Shown here one piece after another: positions 20,425 through 29,340 of a stretch of 64,000 nt of DNA. Below the pieces are notes generated by a model that had not been told where the DNA came from, did no database searches, and saw only the letters and a list, made by a program, of their open reading frames with translations. The stretch lies in NCBI GenBank assembly GCA_027484915.1, contig JAIXSA010000018.1:7059-71058 (forward strand), written 5' to 3'. Each line of letters opens with the position of its first letter. Position 1 is the first letter of the stretch. The stretch is from Paracoccaceae bacterium (GTDB lineage: Bacteria; Pseudomonadota; Alphaproteobacteria; Rhodobacterales; Rhodobacteraceae). The position numbers and the translations under genes are program-made.

Positions 20425-21381
20425 TCAATCAAGGCGGGGAAGGACGCTGGTGCCAAAGGCGTCGATGAAGGCCTCTTGGTTCCGGCCGATGCAGTGAAGG
20501 TGGACTGTGGCTCCAAGTGCGGCCAGTGACGCGATGTCGGCGGTGTGGCGGCCAAGGTCTTCGGAGATCGGGATCCGGTCGGCCAGCGCTGCCTCGGAAG
20601 CGGCGTCCGAGGCGCTGTCAAAGTCGGCCGGTCGGCGCAGGTCCCACATCGCCTCGCCACCCAGGATTCCGTGGCGCCACTGGTGCATCGCCTCGGCCAT
20701 CGCGGTCGCCCGGTCGGGTGCCCAGGACAGCGCGTGCTGGATGTGGACCGGCTTGCCCTCGCCACCATTCTCGCGGAAGGCGCGCAGGACGGGGAGGACG
20801 GTCTCGACCTTCCCGCCGACAGTCAGAAGGCCGTCGGCCCAGGTGGCGACCTCGGCGGCGGTTTCCTTGCTGACGGCGGCGGCGTAAAGCGGCATCCGCT
20901 GCTTGGGACGCGAATAGAGCCGGGCGCTGATGACGGTAACCCGACCGCGGTGGGTGACTTCATCTCCGTCGAAGAGAGCCCGGATGATCGCGGCGCATTC
21001 GGCAAGACGCGCGTTGCGTTCGGCCTTCTCGGGCCAGGGCAAGCCTGTGATCGCCTCGTTGATCGCCTCGCCGCTGCCAAGGGCCAGCCAGAAGCGGCCC
21101 GGGAACATCTCGGCCAGTGTCGCGGCGGCCTGGGCAAGGACGGCGGGATGCATGCGATACCCCGCCGAGGCGATAGAGCCGAAGGGCAGGTCACAGGCGT
21201 GCATCGCGGCCCCGAGCCAGGCCCAGGAAAACCCGGACTGACCTTGCCGCACGCTCCACGGATGGAAATGGTCCGAGCATTTGATCGCCGTGAATCCGGC
21301 CTTTTGCGCACTGCGGCACAAGGACAAGAGACGGGACGGGGCGAACTGTTCGTGCGAGGCGTGAAAGCCGATCTGCGCCAC
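20425..21381 (-). CDS. LLM-class flavin-dependent oxidoreductase (TIGR03885-like)
   Basis: IGFHASHEQF, SDHFHPWS..QGQSGF.WAWLGAA, LGSGEAINE. Confidence 0.88.
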   Translation of the reverse strand: MAQIGFHASHEQFAPSRLLSLCRSAQKAGFTAIKCSDHFHPWSVRQGQSGFSWAWLGAAMHACDLPFGSIASAGYRMHPAVLAQAAATLAEMFPGRFWLALGSGEAINEAITGLPWPEKAERNARLAECAAIIRALFDGDEVTHRGRVTVISARLYSRPKQRMPLYAAAVSKETAAEVATWADGLLTVGGKVETVLPVLRAFRENGGEGKPVHIQHALSWAPDRATAMAEAMHQWRHGILGGEAMWDLRRPADFDSASDAASEAALADRIPISEDLGRHTADIASLAALGATVHLHCIGRNQEAFIDAFGTSVLPRLD

Positions 21382-21429
21382 GATCAGCGATGTCCTGTGA
21401 ACCGGGAAAGAGGCGAAGGCATGCCGCGA

Positions 21430-21654
21430 TCAGGCCCGGCGCCGGGATATGTCGGGCGTGTCGTTGTTCGCCGCGCGGTCGGGCGGGGTGGCAAAAGTTG
21501 ACTTGCCGATGTCCTGATCCGCGTCGTAGAAAAGCTCGGCCTCGGCTTGCTGCCAGTGGCGGTTGGCGCAGCCATCCGGGCAACCATCGGCCTGCCACAG
21601 GCTGTAGGCGCGTTCGCGGATGCGGTCTTCGGGGACGCTGGGTGTTCTCATCAT
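21430..21654 (-). CDS. DUF2934 domain protein
   Basis: EDRIRERAYSLWQADGCPDG.ANRHWQQAEAEL. Confidence 0.88.
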   Translation of the reverse strand: MMRTPSVPEDRIRERAYSLWQADGCPDGCANRHWQQAEAELFYDADQDIGKSTFATPPDRAANNDTPDISRRRA

Positions 21655-21691
21655 TTCCTCCGTCAGGCGGGAGTGGATCGTCGGATGGGAC

Positions 21692-21716
21692 AACCGTGAG
21701 CACCGCAAAATGTTCC
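21692..21716 (-). promoter_or_regulatory. EcfG-type promoter
   Basis: Minus strand GGAAC-N16-GGTT upstream of DUF2934. Confidence 0.72.
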
Positions 21717-21818
21717 TGTGGGGAACCCCGGCGGCACAAGGGCTGCCGTGGCAGGTTGGCATAGACGGCGCCGGGGTCGGCGGCTATCACTCGTCCGGCC
21801 CGCAACGGAGGATGACAG

Positions 21819-22976
21819 ATGCAACTTGCCGCCAGTGACGTGCTGCCCATTGATGCACCCAAGGCGATCCTTGTCGGTCGCGTCTGGTCCGAAGCGGCGG
21901 GTGGTCCCTGCCCCGTGCTGGTGCGCGAGGGGCGGCTTCTGGACCTGTCGTCGCTTTGCGCCACGGTATCGGGCCTGATGGAGGTCGACGGCCTGGCGGA
22001 CTGGCTGGCCCAGGCCACGGGGTTGCCGGACCTTGGGTCGGTCGACGATGCGCTTGCGGGGCGCGGCCTGACGCTTCTGGCGCCGATCGATCTGCAGGCG
22101 GTCAAGGCTGCGGGCGTCACCTTTGCCGACAGCATGGTGGAACGGGTGATCGAAGAGCAGGCCAAGGGCGACAGCGGCCGCGCCGAGGCGATCCGGGCCA
22201 AGTTGGCCCCGGTGATCGGCGACAGCCTGCGGGGCGTCCCTGCCGGGTCGGAAAAGGCGCGCGAGGTGAAGCGCGTCCTGCAGGACCTTGGCCTCTGGTC
22301 GCAGTACCTGGAGGTGGGCATCGGTCCGGACGCCGAGATCTTCACCAAGGCGCAGCCGATGGCCTCGGTCGGGTGTGGGGCGGATGTGGGCATCCACCCG
22401 ATCTCGGAATGGAACAACCCGGAACCCGAGGTGGTCCTTGTGGTCCGTTCGGACGGCACGATCCTGGGTGCAACGCTGGGCAATGCCGTCAACCTGCGCG
22501 ACGTCGAGGGGCGGTCGGCGCTGCTTCTGGGCAAGGCCAAGGACAACAATGCCTCTTGCGCCGTGGGCCCGTTCCTGCGGCTGTTCCACGGTGATTTCAC
22601 GATGACGGTGCTGGAGGCGGTGAAAGTCTCGCTGCGGGTCACGGGCGGGGACGGGTTCGAGATGACGGGCGAAAGTGCAATGGCCGCGATCAGCCGCAAG
22701 CCTGCGGACCTGGCGCGGCAGCTGCTGAACCGCAACCACCAGTACCCCGATGGCGCGGTCCTGTTCCTGGGGACGATGTTCGCCCCGGTGAAGGATCGGC
22801 GCGGGGCGGGGCAAGGCTTCACGCACGAGGTGGGCGACGTGGTCGAGATCGCAAGCCCGCTGTTGGGCCGTCTGGTCAACCGGGTGATGCGCACCGATCA
22901 CTGCCCCGAGTGGACCTTCGGCACTCGCGCGCTGATGCGGAACCTGGCGGCACGGGGCCTGGCTGACCGGGTATAA
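21819..22976 (+). CDS. Fumarylacetoacetate hydrolase family protein (2-keto-3-deoxy sugar acid dehydratase-like)
   Basis: VKAAGVTF, GIGPDAEIFTK, WNNPEPEV, GN(A)VNLRDVEGRSAL, KAKDNNAS, LFLGTMFAP. Confidence 0.9.
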   Translation: MQLAASDVLPIDAPKAILVGRVWSEAAGGPCPVLVREGRLLDLSSLCATVSGLMEVDGLADWLAQATGLPDLGSVDDALAGRGLTLLAPIDLQAVKAAGVTFADSMVERVIEEQAKGDSGRAEAIRAKLAPVIGDSLRGVPAGSEKAREVKRVLQDLGLWSQYLEVGIGPDAEIFTKAQPMASVGCGADVGIHPISEWNNPEPEVVLVVRSDGTILGATLGNAVNLRDVEGRSALLLGKAKDNNASCAVGPFLRLFHGDFTMTVLEAVKVSLRVTGGDGFEMTGESAMAAISRKPADLARQLLNRNHQYPDGAVLFLGTMFAPVKDRRGAGQGFTHEVGDVVEIASPLLGRLVNRVMRTDHCPEWTFGTRALMRNLAARGLADRV

Positions 22977-22977
22977 G

Positions 22978-23002
22978 GGAACTACCCATGTGACTGCGGG
23001 TT
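22978..23002 (+). promoter_or_regulatory. EcfG-type promoter
   Basis: GGAAC-N16-GGTT upstream of ORF 23037. Confidence 0.7.
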
Positions 23003-23036
23003 TACCCTGGCTGCAACAGCCTCAGGGAGAAAGCCG

Positions 23037-23243
23037 ATGTCCGCCCCGCACACCAACCTGGAAACCCAGAAACGCCGGCATCGCGGACCCCTGATCGGCA
23101 TGGCGCTGGTGGCGATCTTCGGCGTTGCACTGATCGTCTACTGGCAATTCGAGGAAGCCGCCGAAGGCAACTCTCCCACGTCGGACACCGTCCAGCCCGA
23201 GACAGGCACCGAACCCGCCTCCGCCCCTGTGGCCGGGGACTAG
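23037..23243 (+). CDS. Small single-TM protein (68 aa)
   Basis: MSAPHTNLETQKRRHRGPLIGMALV..., acidic/Pro tail; GGAGA RBS, promoter, downstream hairpin. Confidence 0.75.
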   Translation: MSAPHTNLETQKRRHRGPLIGMALVAIFGVALIVYWQFEEAAEGNSPTSDTVQPETGTEPASAPVAGD

Positions 23244-23250
23244 ACGCGGC

Positions 23251-23276
23251 GAAGCCCGGCCGCTGGGCCGGGCTTC
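23251..23276. terminator. Hairpin between convergent small genes
   Basis: GAAGCCCGGCC-GCTG-GGCCGGGCTTC, 11-bp stem. Confidence 0.6.
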
Positions 23277-23386
23277 CCGTCACGAAGGGCGAAGCATCGC
23301 AAGTCGGGGGACATCATGCCGTGGCCCTGCGTGCACGGACGTGCAGTCCGCAGGGCGCGGCCCAACAGGGCCACACCCTTTGGCCA

Positions 23387-23572
23387 TCAGCGCTGCTGAC
23401 CCTTCGACTGGTTGTTCTGATGCTGCTGGCCGCTGCCGGACTGGCCGCCCTGCTGGGTCTTGTTCTGGCCGTCCTTGGTGTCGGTCTGACCGCCCTGCTG
23501 GCCACCCTTCTGGCCCTGCTGGTCCTGTTGACCCTGCTGGCCCTTCTGCTGGTTCTTCTGGTCGTTCGCCAT
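23387..23572 (-). CDS. 61-aa Gln/Gly/Asn-rich hydrophilin-like protein
   Basis: MANDQKNQQKGQQGQQDQQGQKGGQQGGQ...; AGGAG RBS and own EcfG-type promoter. Confidence 0.75.
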   Translation of the reverse strand: MANDQKNQQKGQQGQQDQQGQKGGQQGGQTDTKDGQNKTQQGGQSGSGQQHQNNQSKGQQR

Positions 23573-23624
23573 CTGACATCTCCTGTTGCCGTGGGACCGC
23601 CCAACATGGCGGCTGCAGGGGATC

Positions 23625-23649
23625 AACCGGTGGCGGGACGAATTGTTCC
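23625..23649 (-). promoter_or_regulatory. EcfG-type promoter
   Basis: Minus strand GGAAC-N16-GGTT(GA). Confidence 0.75.
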
Positions 23650-23656
23650 GGCATCA

Positions 23657-23682
23657 GGAACCGCAGCGCTGCCCTGTCGGTT
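23657..23682 (+). promoter_or_regulatory. EcfG-type promoter of ku
   Basis: GGAAC-N17-GGTT(GA), back-to-back with the previous promoter. Confidence 0.75.
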
Positions 23683-23708
23683 GACCGTGGCAGAAAAGGA
23701 GGACCGCC

Positions 23709-24518
23709 TTGCCCCCGCGCACGTTCTGGAAGGGTTACCTGAAGCTGTCGCTCGTCACCTGCCCGGTCGCCCTGATGCCTGCCGTGACCGAAGGCGGGCG
23801 GCTGCGGTTCCATACGCTGAACCGCGCGACCGGCAATCGTGTGCAGCGCCAGTATGTCGATGCCGAGACCGGGAAGCCGGTCAAGGACGAGGATCAGGCG
23901 CGCGGCTATCCGCGGGGCGAGAATGACCACGTGATTCTGGAGGACGAGGAGCTGGACGAGGTCGCGCTGGACAGCACGCGGACCATCGACATCCAGGAGT
24001 TCGTGCCGTCGGACAAGATCGGCTGGATCTGGTTCGACCGCCCGCATTTCCTGGTGCCCGACGACACCGTGGCGGAAGAGGCGTTCTCGGTCATCCGGGA
24101 TGCGATGCGGTCCACTGGATCGGTGGGGATCGCCCGACTTGTGATGTACCGCCGCGAGAGGGCGGTGATGCTGATGCCGAAGGGAAAGGGGATCGTGCTG
24201 TGGACCCTGCGCTATGGTGACGAGGTGCGCGACGATGCGGACTACTTCGGTGACCTGCGCGGGGTGAAGCCGGACGGTGAGGCGCTGAAACTGGTCAGCC
24301 GGTTGATCGAGACCCGGATGACCGACTGGGACCCGAAGATGGTCGAAGACCCGGTGCAGGACCGCCTGCTGGAGTTGATCGAATCGAAGAAGACGGGCCG
24401 CAAACCCGCGCGGACGTCCAGGTCCGACGAACCGCGCGACAGCGGCAAGGTGGTCAGCATCATCGACGCGCTGAAGCGCAGCATTGCCTCCGAGAAGCCC
24501 GCCGCACGGAAGCGCTAG
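23709..24518 (+). CDS. ku: Non-homologous end-joining protein Ku (paralogue 1)
   Basis: FWKGYLKLSLVTCPV, FHTLNRATGNR, RRERAVML...GIVLWTLRYGDEVR; TTG start with GGAGG RBS. Confidence 0.95.
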   Translation: MPPRTFWKGYLKLSLVTCPVALMPAVTEGGRLRFHTLNRATGNRVQRQYVDAETGKPVKDEDQARGYPRGENDHVILEDEELDEVALDSTRTIDIQEFVPSDKIGWIWFDRPHFLVPDDTVAEEAFSVIRDAMRSTGSVGIARLVMYRRERAVMLMPKGKGIVLWTLRYGDEVRDDADYFGDLRGVKPDGEALKLVSRLIETRMTDWDPKMVEDPVQDRLLELIESKKTGRKPARTSRSDEPRDSGKVVSIIDALKRSIASEKPAARKR

Positions 24519-26962
24519 GGTCTTAGCGGACGGGCGGCCTCCGCAAACCCGGCCCAGGGGTCGGCGCGCAGGTTTGACAGCCGGGCGGGCATCGTCAGGA
24601 CGGTGAAGTCGCCTGGTGCAACGCCGGCCTTCAGCTCTTCCCACGTGACCGGAGCAGAGACATGTGCGCCGGGCCGAGCGCGGGTCGAGAAGGCCGCGAC
24701 GGCCGTCGCGCCGCGCTGGTTGCGCAAGTAGTCGACCAGGATCTTTCCCTGCCGCTTGGACTTGGTGATGGTGGACACGTAACGCGACGGGTCGTCCGAC
24801 GCCATCTCACGCGCGAAGTCGCGGCAGAAAGTCTTGACCGCGGGCCACTCTGCCTTGGGCATCAGGGGGGCCACCACGTGCAGCCCCTTCCCACCCGAGG
24901 TCTTGACGAAAGCCGCCAGCCCCTTGGCCTCTAACCGGACGCGTACATCCTGCGCGGCCTGGACCAGGTCGGCCCAGTCCACCCCGTCGCCGGGGTCAAG
25001 GTCGATGACGATCCGGTCGGGCTTTTCCCAGTCCTTCAGCGTGCTGCCCCAAGGGTGGATTTCCAGCGCCGCCGACTGCGCCAGCGCGATCAGCCCGTCG
25101 AGGTCGGCAATGGCAAGCGAGGGTTCGTCCTTCGGTTCTGCCGGGTCCTGGACCCGCAGGATCGCCGCGTTCATCCCCTTCCATTCGTGCTTCTGGAAGA
25201 ACTGCTGCCTCCCGCCCACCCCGTCCGGCAGGCGCAACAGGGCCAGCGGGCGGCCGACGATGTGGGGCGCGATCCAGGGCCAGACTTCGGTGTAGTAATC
25301 CGCAAGGCCCGCCTTGGTGACCCCGACGTCGGGCCAATAGACCCTCTCCGGGTGGCTCAGCTTGACCCTGCGGACCGGCGTGGGCGCAGGGTCAGGAAGC
25401 GGCGTCGGCAGGCCCTCGCCCGTCACTTCGCGCGGGTCCTTGTCCTCGCGCAGGCCCTTGAAGGATGCGTGGCGCAGGTTGCCGTCGCCCGTCCAGGCGC
25501 GGAAGTCGACCTCGGCCACCAGTTCGGGCCGCACGAAGCGCACACCGCGCGCCTCGGCCCGGGGAAGGGGCGGCTGGAAGGGCTGGGTGTCCGTCTCAAG
25601 GGCGGCCAGCTGTTCGTAAAGCTGCTCGGCCAGAGTGGCGGAGAACCCGGTTCCGACCCGCCCCACGGACTTGAGCGTGTCGCCGTCATATACCCCCAGC
25701 ACCAACGACCCGATGGCGCGGGCGGACACGGTCGAGGGCAGGTACCCCGCCACCACGAACTCTTGCCGGGCCGAACACTTGGACTTGACCCAGGCCTTGC
25801 CGCGACCGGGCAGATAGGGGCTGTCGCGCAGTTTCGAGATGATGCCCTCCAGCCCCAGTCGGCAGGCGTGGCGCAACACCAGCTCGCCCTTGTCTGACAG
25901 ATGCTCGCTGATCCGCAATGGACCTGAGGCGGGGGCAACCAGCCCCGCCAGCAGCCGTTTGCGGTCGACCAGCGGCAGGCCGGTCAGGTTGCGGCCATCC
26001 AGGTGCAGAAGGTCGAAGGCGTAGTAGACCATCCGGTCCGTCCGCCCCCCGGCGAGGTCAGCCTGCAGCGCCGAGAAGTCCGAGGACCGGCCCGCCGCTT
26101 CCACCACCACCTCGCCGTCCAGCACCGCCTGCCGCACCGGCAGTGCCGCCAGCGCACCGGCGATGGCCCCGCCGAAGCGGTCTGTCCAGTCGCGGCCCGA
26201 CCGGGTGAAAAGGCGAACCTTGCCGTCTGCGACCTGCGCCTGGATTCGGTAGCCGTCGAACTTGATCTCGTGCAGCCAGCGGTCGTCGCCGGGGGTGGAC
26301 TTGACGAGGGAGGCCAGCATGGGCGGGATGAAATCCGGCATTGTGGCGGTCGGCTCCTTGGCAGCCGCCTTCCGGGCCCTTGGCTTGCGGGCAGGCCTCC
26401 CGCCCACCTCGTCAATCGTCCGCCCTGATTTCACCGACTCCGGTCGTTCCTCCAGGATGTCCGGGGCGGTCTCGTCCCGCGCGCTGGAATCCTCGCCCTT
26501 GATCAGAAGCCAGTTCTCACGCTTCTCCCTGGGCTTGCCACGCATCCGGATCAGGTGCCAGCAGCCCGTCAGCTTTTCACCCTTCAGCTCGAACTCCAGA
26601 TGGCCCTTGGCATAGCCTTTGGCCGCGTCGAACACGGGGCGCCATGTCCCCCGGTCCCAGACGATCACCGTCCCCGCGCCATACTGGCCTTCGGGGATCG
26701 CGCCCTCGAAATCGCCATAGTCCATCGGGTGGTCCTCGACATGGACCGACAGGCGCTTTTCGCCGGGCACGAGGCTTGGTCCGCGCGTCACGGCCCAGCT
26801 TTTCAGCACCCCGTCCATCTCCAGCCGCAGGTCATAGTGCAGGCGGGTGGCGGCGTGCTTCTGGATGACGAAGACGGGTTCACCTTTTGACGCCTTCTTC
26901 CGCCCCTTCGGTTCGGGCGTGGCCTGGAAGTCGCGCATCGACTGGTAGGTTTCCAGAGCCAT
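24515..26962 (-). CDS. ligD: DNA ligase D (phosphoesterase-ligase-polymerase)
   Basis: PE domain FVIQKHAATRLHYDLRLE, ligase HEIKFDGYR and EGIISK, polymerase KTSGGKGLHV and DYLRN. Confidence 0.96.
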   Translation of the reverse strand: MALETYQSMRDFQATPEPKGRKKASKGEPVFVIQKHAATRLHYDLRLEMDGVLKSWAVTRGPSLVPGEKRLSVHVEDHPMDYGDFEGAIPEGQYGAGTVIVWDRGTWRPVFDAAKGYAKGHLEFELKGEKLTGCWHLIRMRGKPREKRENWLLIKGEDSSARDETAPDILEERPESVKSGRTIDEVGGRPARKPRARKAAAKEPTATMPDFIPPMLASLVKSTPGDDRWLHEIKFDGYRIQAQVADGKVRLFTRSGRDWTDRFGGAIAGALAALPVRQAVLDGEVVVEAAGRSSDFSALQADLAGGRTDRMVYYAFDLLHLDGRNLTGLPLVDRKRLLAGLVAPASGPLRISEHLSDKGELVLRHACRLGLEGIISKLRDSPYLPGRGKAWVKSKCSARQEFVVAGYLPSTVSARAIGSLVLGVYDGDTLKSVGRVGTGFSATLAEQLYEQLAALETDTQPFQPPLPRAEARGVRFVRPELVAEVDFRAWTGDGNLRHASFKGLREDKDPREVTGEGLPTPLPDPAPTPVRRVKLSHPERVYWPDVGVTKAGLADYYTEVWPWIAPHIVGRPLALLRLPDGVGGRQQFFQKHEWKGMNAAILRVQDPAEPKDEPSLAIADLDGLIALAQSAALEIHPWGSTLKDWEKPDRIVIDLDPGDGVDWADLVQAAQDVRVRLEAKGLAAFVKTSGGKGLHVVAPLMPKAEWPAVKTFCRDFAREMASDDPSRYVSTITKSKRQGKILVDYLRNQRGATAVAAFSTRARPGAHVSAPVTWEELKAGVAPGDFTVLTMPARLSNLRADPWAGFAEAARPLRP

Positions 26963-26963
26963 C

Positions 26964-27800
26964 TCAGCCCGCCTTCCGCCGCGGGGTCTTGTCCTTGGTC
27001 GTCTTTCCGGGGGCTGTCCGCCCCTTCGCCGCCTTGGCGCTTTCGCGCAGCGCGGCCATCAGGTCCACCACCTTTGCCTGCGGGGCCTCTTTCCGGTGTG
27101 GCGGCGGGCGGCCGTCAAGCTTGGCCTTCACCAGATCGGCCAGCGCAGCCTCGTAGCGGTCGTCGAAGGCCGAAGGATCGAAGGTGCCCAGCTTGGTCTT
27201 GATGATGTGCTCGGCCAGCTCCAGCATCTCGCCCTCGATCTTCAGGTCGGGGATGTCGGCGAAGGCGCGGTCTGCCGAGCGGACTTCGTAGTCGAAGTTC
27301 AGCGTGTTGGCGATCAGTCCCGCCCCATGCGGCCGGATCATCACCGTGCGCAGGCGGCGGAACAGGACCGTCCGGGCCAGGGCAGCGACACCCTCGCGGG
27401 CCATCCCGTCGCGCAGCAGCGCATAGGCCTCGACCGAGGCGGCGTCGGACGGCCCAAGATAGTAGGGCCGGTCAAAGTAAAGCGTGTCGATGTCGCTGCA
27501 GGGGATGAACGCCTCGATGGGCAGCGTCTTGTCGGACGCGGGGATGGCCGCGACGATCTCGTCTTGCTCCAGAAGGACATAGTCGCCGGTATCCGCCTCG
27601 TAGCCCATGACCTCGGCGTCCTTTTCCACCGGCTTGCCGGTCACGGAATCGACAAGCTCGTTCTTCAAGCGGTGGCCGGTGCGGCGGTTGACCATGTGCA
27701 GGGCGACCCGGTCCGAGGTTGTGGCCGCCGTGTAAAGCGCCACTCCGATGCTGATCTCGCCCAGCCGGAGCCGGCCCTTCCAGTTCGCCCGCGGTGCCAT
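26964..27800 (-). CDS. ku: Non-homologous end-joining protein Ku (paralogue 2)
   Basis: MAPRANWKG, VALYTAA, YFDRPYYL, LFRRLRTVMIR..G.GLIANTLNFDYEVR. Confidence 0.95.
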   Translation of the reverse strand: MAPRANWKGRLRLGEISIGVALYTAATTSDRVALHMVNRRTGHRLKNELVDSVTGKPVEKDAEVMGYEADTGDYVLLEQDEIVAAIPASDKTLPIEAFIPCSDIDTLYFDRPYYLGPSDAASVEAYALLRDGMAREGVAALARTVLFRRLRTVMIRPHGAGLIANTLNFDYEVRSADRAFADIPDLKIEGEMLELAEHIIKTKLGTFDPSAFDDRYEAALADLVKAKLDGRPPPHRKEAPQAKVVDLMAALRESAKAAKGRTAPGKTTKDKTPRRKAG

Positions 27801-27845
27801 GCCGTGCCCCTTCGCAACTGTCGGCCGCAGTCCGGCCTTGGCTTG

Positions 27846-27871
27846 AACAGCGCCCGGCGGTGGATGGTTCC
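27846..27871 (-). promoter_or_regulatory. EcfG-type promoter of the ku-ligD operon
   Basis: Minus strand GGAAC-N17-TGTT. Confidence 0.72.
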
Positions 27872-27932
27872 ACGGGGTCGCGGCGGTTTCGGCTGGAAGC
27901 TGCCTGCCTTGGAAGCGTGAACCACGGCGGCC

Positions 27933-27957
27933 GGAACCGCCCCTTGGCGCGGGAATT
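27933..27957 (+). promoter_or_regulatory. Possible EcfG-type autoregulatory promoter of the sigma gene
   Basis: GGAAC-N16-AATT (deviant -10). Confidence 0.4.
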
Positions 27958-27984
27958 AACCCGCGGGTGCAGGAGAAAGAACGA

Positions 27985-28458
27985 ATGTCCGACGACGTGC
28001 TGAGCCACATCCCCGCACTGCGGCTGTTCGCGAGGTCCTTGACCGGGCGCTACGGCGATGCGGATGATCTGGTGCAGGATACCCTGGTGCGCGCCATCGC
28101 CAGCGCACAGTCCTACACTCCGGGAACCAACATGCGCGCCTGGCTGTTCACGATCATGCGCAACCGCTTCTACAACGACCGGGTCAAGCTGGCCCGCGAA
28201 CGCCCCGGCGCCGAGGACTGCATTTCGTCCGTGCCGACGAGCCCGGAAACCCAATACTGGCATGTTCGGGGGCGCGAGATCGAGGCCGCGCTGATGGGCC
28301 TGCCGCAGGCCTACCGCGAGGCGGTGATGCTCGTCCTTGTCACGGGCGAAAGCTACCAGTCGGCCGCCGAAATCCTTGGCTGCGACATCGGCACGATCAA
28401 GAGCCGGATCAACCGTGGCCGCAAGCTTCTGCAGACAGCGCTGGGCGAAGAGGTCTGA
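27985..28458 (+). CDS. ECF sigma factor, EcfG/SigT (ECF15-like) general stress type
   Basis: LRLFARSLTG..DADDLVQDT, PGTNMRAWLFTIMRN, LP..YREA, SY..AAEI.GC.IGTIKSRINR. Confidence 0.88.
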   Translation: MSDDVLSHIPALRLFARSLTGRYGDADDLVQDTLVRAIASAQSYTPGTNMRAWLFTIMRNRFYNDRVKLARERPGAEDCISSVPTSPETQYWHVRGREIEAALMGLPQAYREAVMLVLVTGESYQSAAEILGCDIGTIKSRINRGRKLLQTALGEEV

Positions 28459-28466
28459 CTGCCGGG

Positions 28467-28491
28467 GGAACTTTAGTCCTGCCGGGCGGTT
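28467..28491 (+). promoter_or_regulatory. EcfG-type promoter of yciF
   Basis: GGAAC-N16-GGTT(GA). Confidence 0.75.
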
Positions 28492-28533
28492 GATGGTCGG
28501 GACCACGACACACCACAATGCTAGGAGAGCGAC

Positions 28534-29031
28534 ATGAAGACGAAGACGATGGAAGACCTGTTTCACGAGACTCTTAAGGACATCTACTATGCCGAACGGA
28601 AGATCCTGCGCGCCTTGCCGAAGATGGCGCGCGGTGCGAAATCGCCCGACCTGAAGGCGGCCTTCCAGAAGCACAAGGACGAGACCGAGATGCAGGTCGA
28701 ACGCCTGCAGCAAGTCTTCGAGCTGATCGGCAAGCCCGCCCGCGGCAAGACCTGCCCGGCCATCGACGGGATCATCGAGGAAGGCGAAGAGGCGCTGCAG
28801 GCCTTTGCCGACAGCCCGGCGCTGGACGCCAGCCTGATCGCGGCGGCCCAGGCGGTCGAGCATTACGAGATGGCCCGCTACGGCACACTGCGCCGCTGGG
28901 CGGAAGTCATGGGCATGACCGATGCCGCCAAGCTGCTGGACGAGACGCTGCAGGAAGAGGGCATGACCGACGAGTCGCTGACCCAGCTTGCCGACGGTTC
29001 GATCAACCAGGCGGCCCTGGAAGCTGCCTGA
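28534..29031 (+). CDS. yciF: Ferritin-like DUF892/YciF stress protein
   Basis: LKDIYYAERKI, H..ET..QVERL, C.AIDGII.E, AQAVEHYEMARYGTL. Confidence 0.92.
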   Translation: MKTKTMEDLFHETLKDIYYAERKILRALPKMARGAKSPDLKAAFQKHKDETEMQVERLQQVFELIGKPARGKTCPAIDGIIEEGEEALQAFADSPALDASLIAAAQAVEHYEMARYGTLRRWAEVMGMTDAAKLLDETLQEEGMTDESLTQLADGSINQAALEAA

Positions 29032-29081
29032 CCGACTGTCTTTGCCCGGCTTCGTCTACTCCCCTTTGCAGGGCAAAGCAG

Positions 29082-29110
29082 GCGGCCCCGCACCCGGATC
29101 GCGGGGCCGC
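29082..29110 (+). terminator. Hairpin after yciF
   Basis: GCGGCCCCGC-N9-GCGGGGCCGC, 10-bp stem. Confidence 0.55.
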
Positions 29111-29133
29111 TCCTTCCATCAAAGGCGCGCGCC

Positions 29134-29340
29134 ATGTCAAACACCTCGGACCTCGATCCCGAACCTGCAAACGAAAAGCTGCGGCACCCAGAGCCGAACG
29201 TGATCGACCAGCGGCAGCAACAGATCGATCCGGCCGGACGGCACCGGCAGGACCCGGACGCGCGGCCCGACGAAAACCGCAAGCAGCCCGGTGGAAGCAT
29301 CCACGACGGGAAGCGGACCCATGAGGACAGCCAATCATGA
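29134..29340 (+). CDS. Hypothetical hydrophilic 68-aa protein
   Basis: ATGA overlap with the SDR start; charged, disordered composition. Confidence 0.5.
   Translation: MSNTSDLDPEPANEKLRHPEPNVIDQRQQQIDPAGRHRQDPDARPDENRKQPGGSIHDGKRTHEDSQS

Noticed and set aside
21721-21750. EcfG promoter for the FAH gene (GGAAC at 21722)
   Set aside because: No GTT/ATT element at 16-17 nt spacing
23321-23926. 201-aa Leu-rich apparent membrane protein on the plus strand
   Set aside because: It is the antisense reading of the Gln-rich gene (CAG to CTG) and overlaps ku; the minus-strand gene has the RBS and promoter
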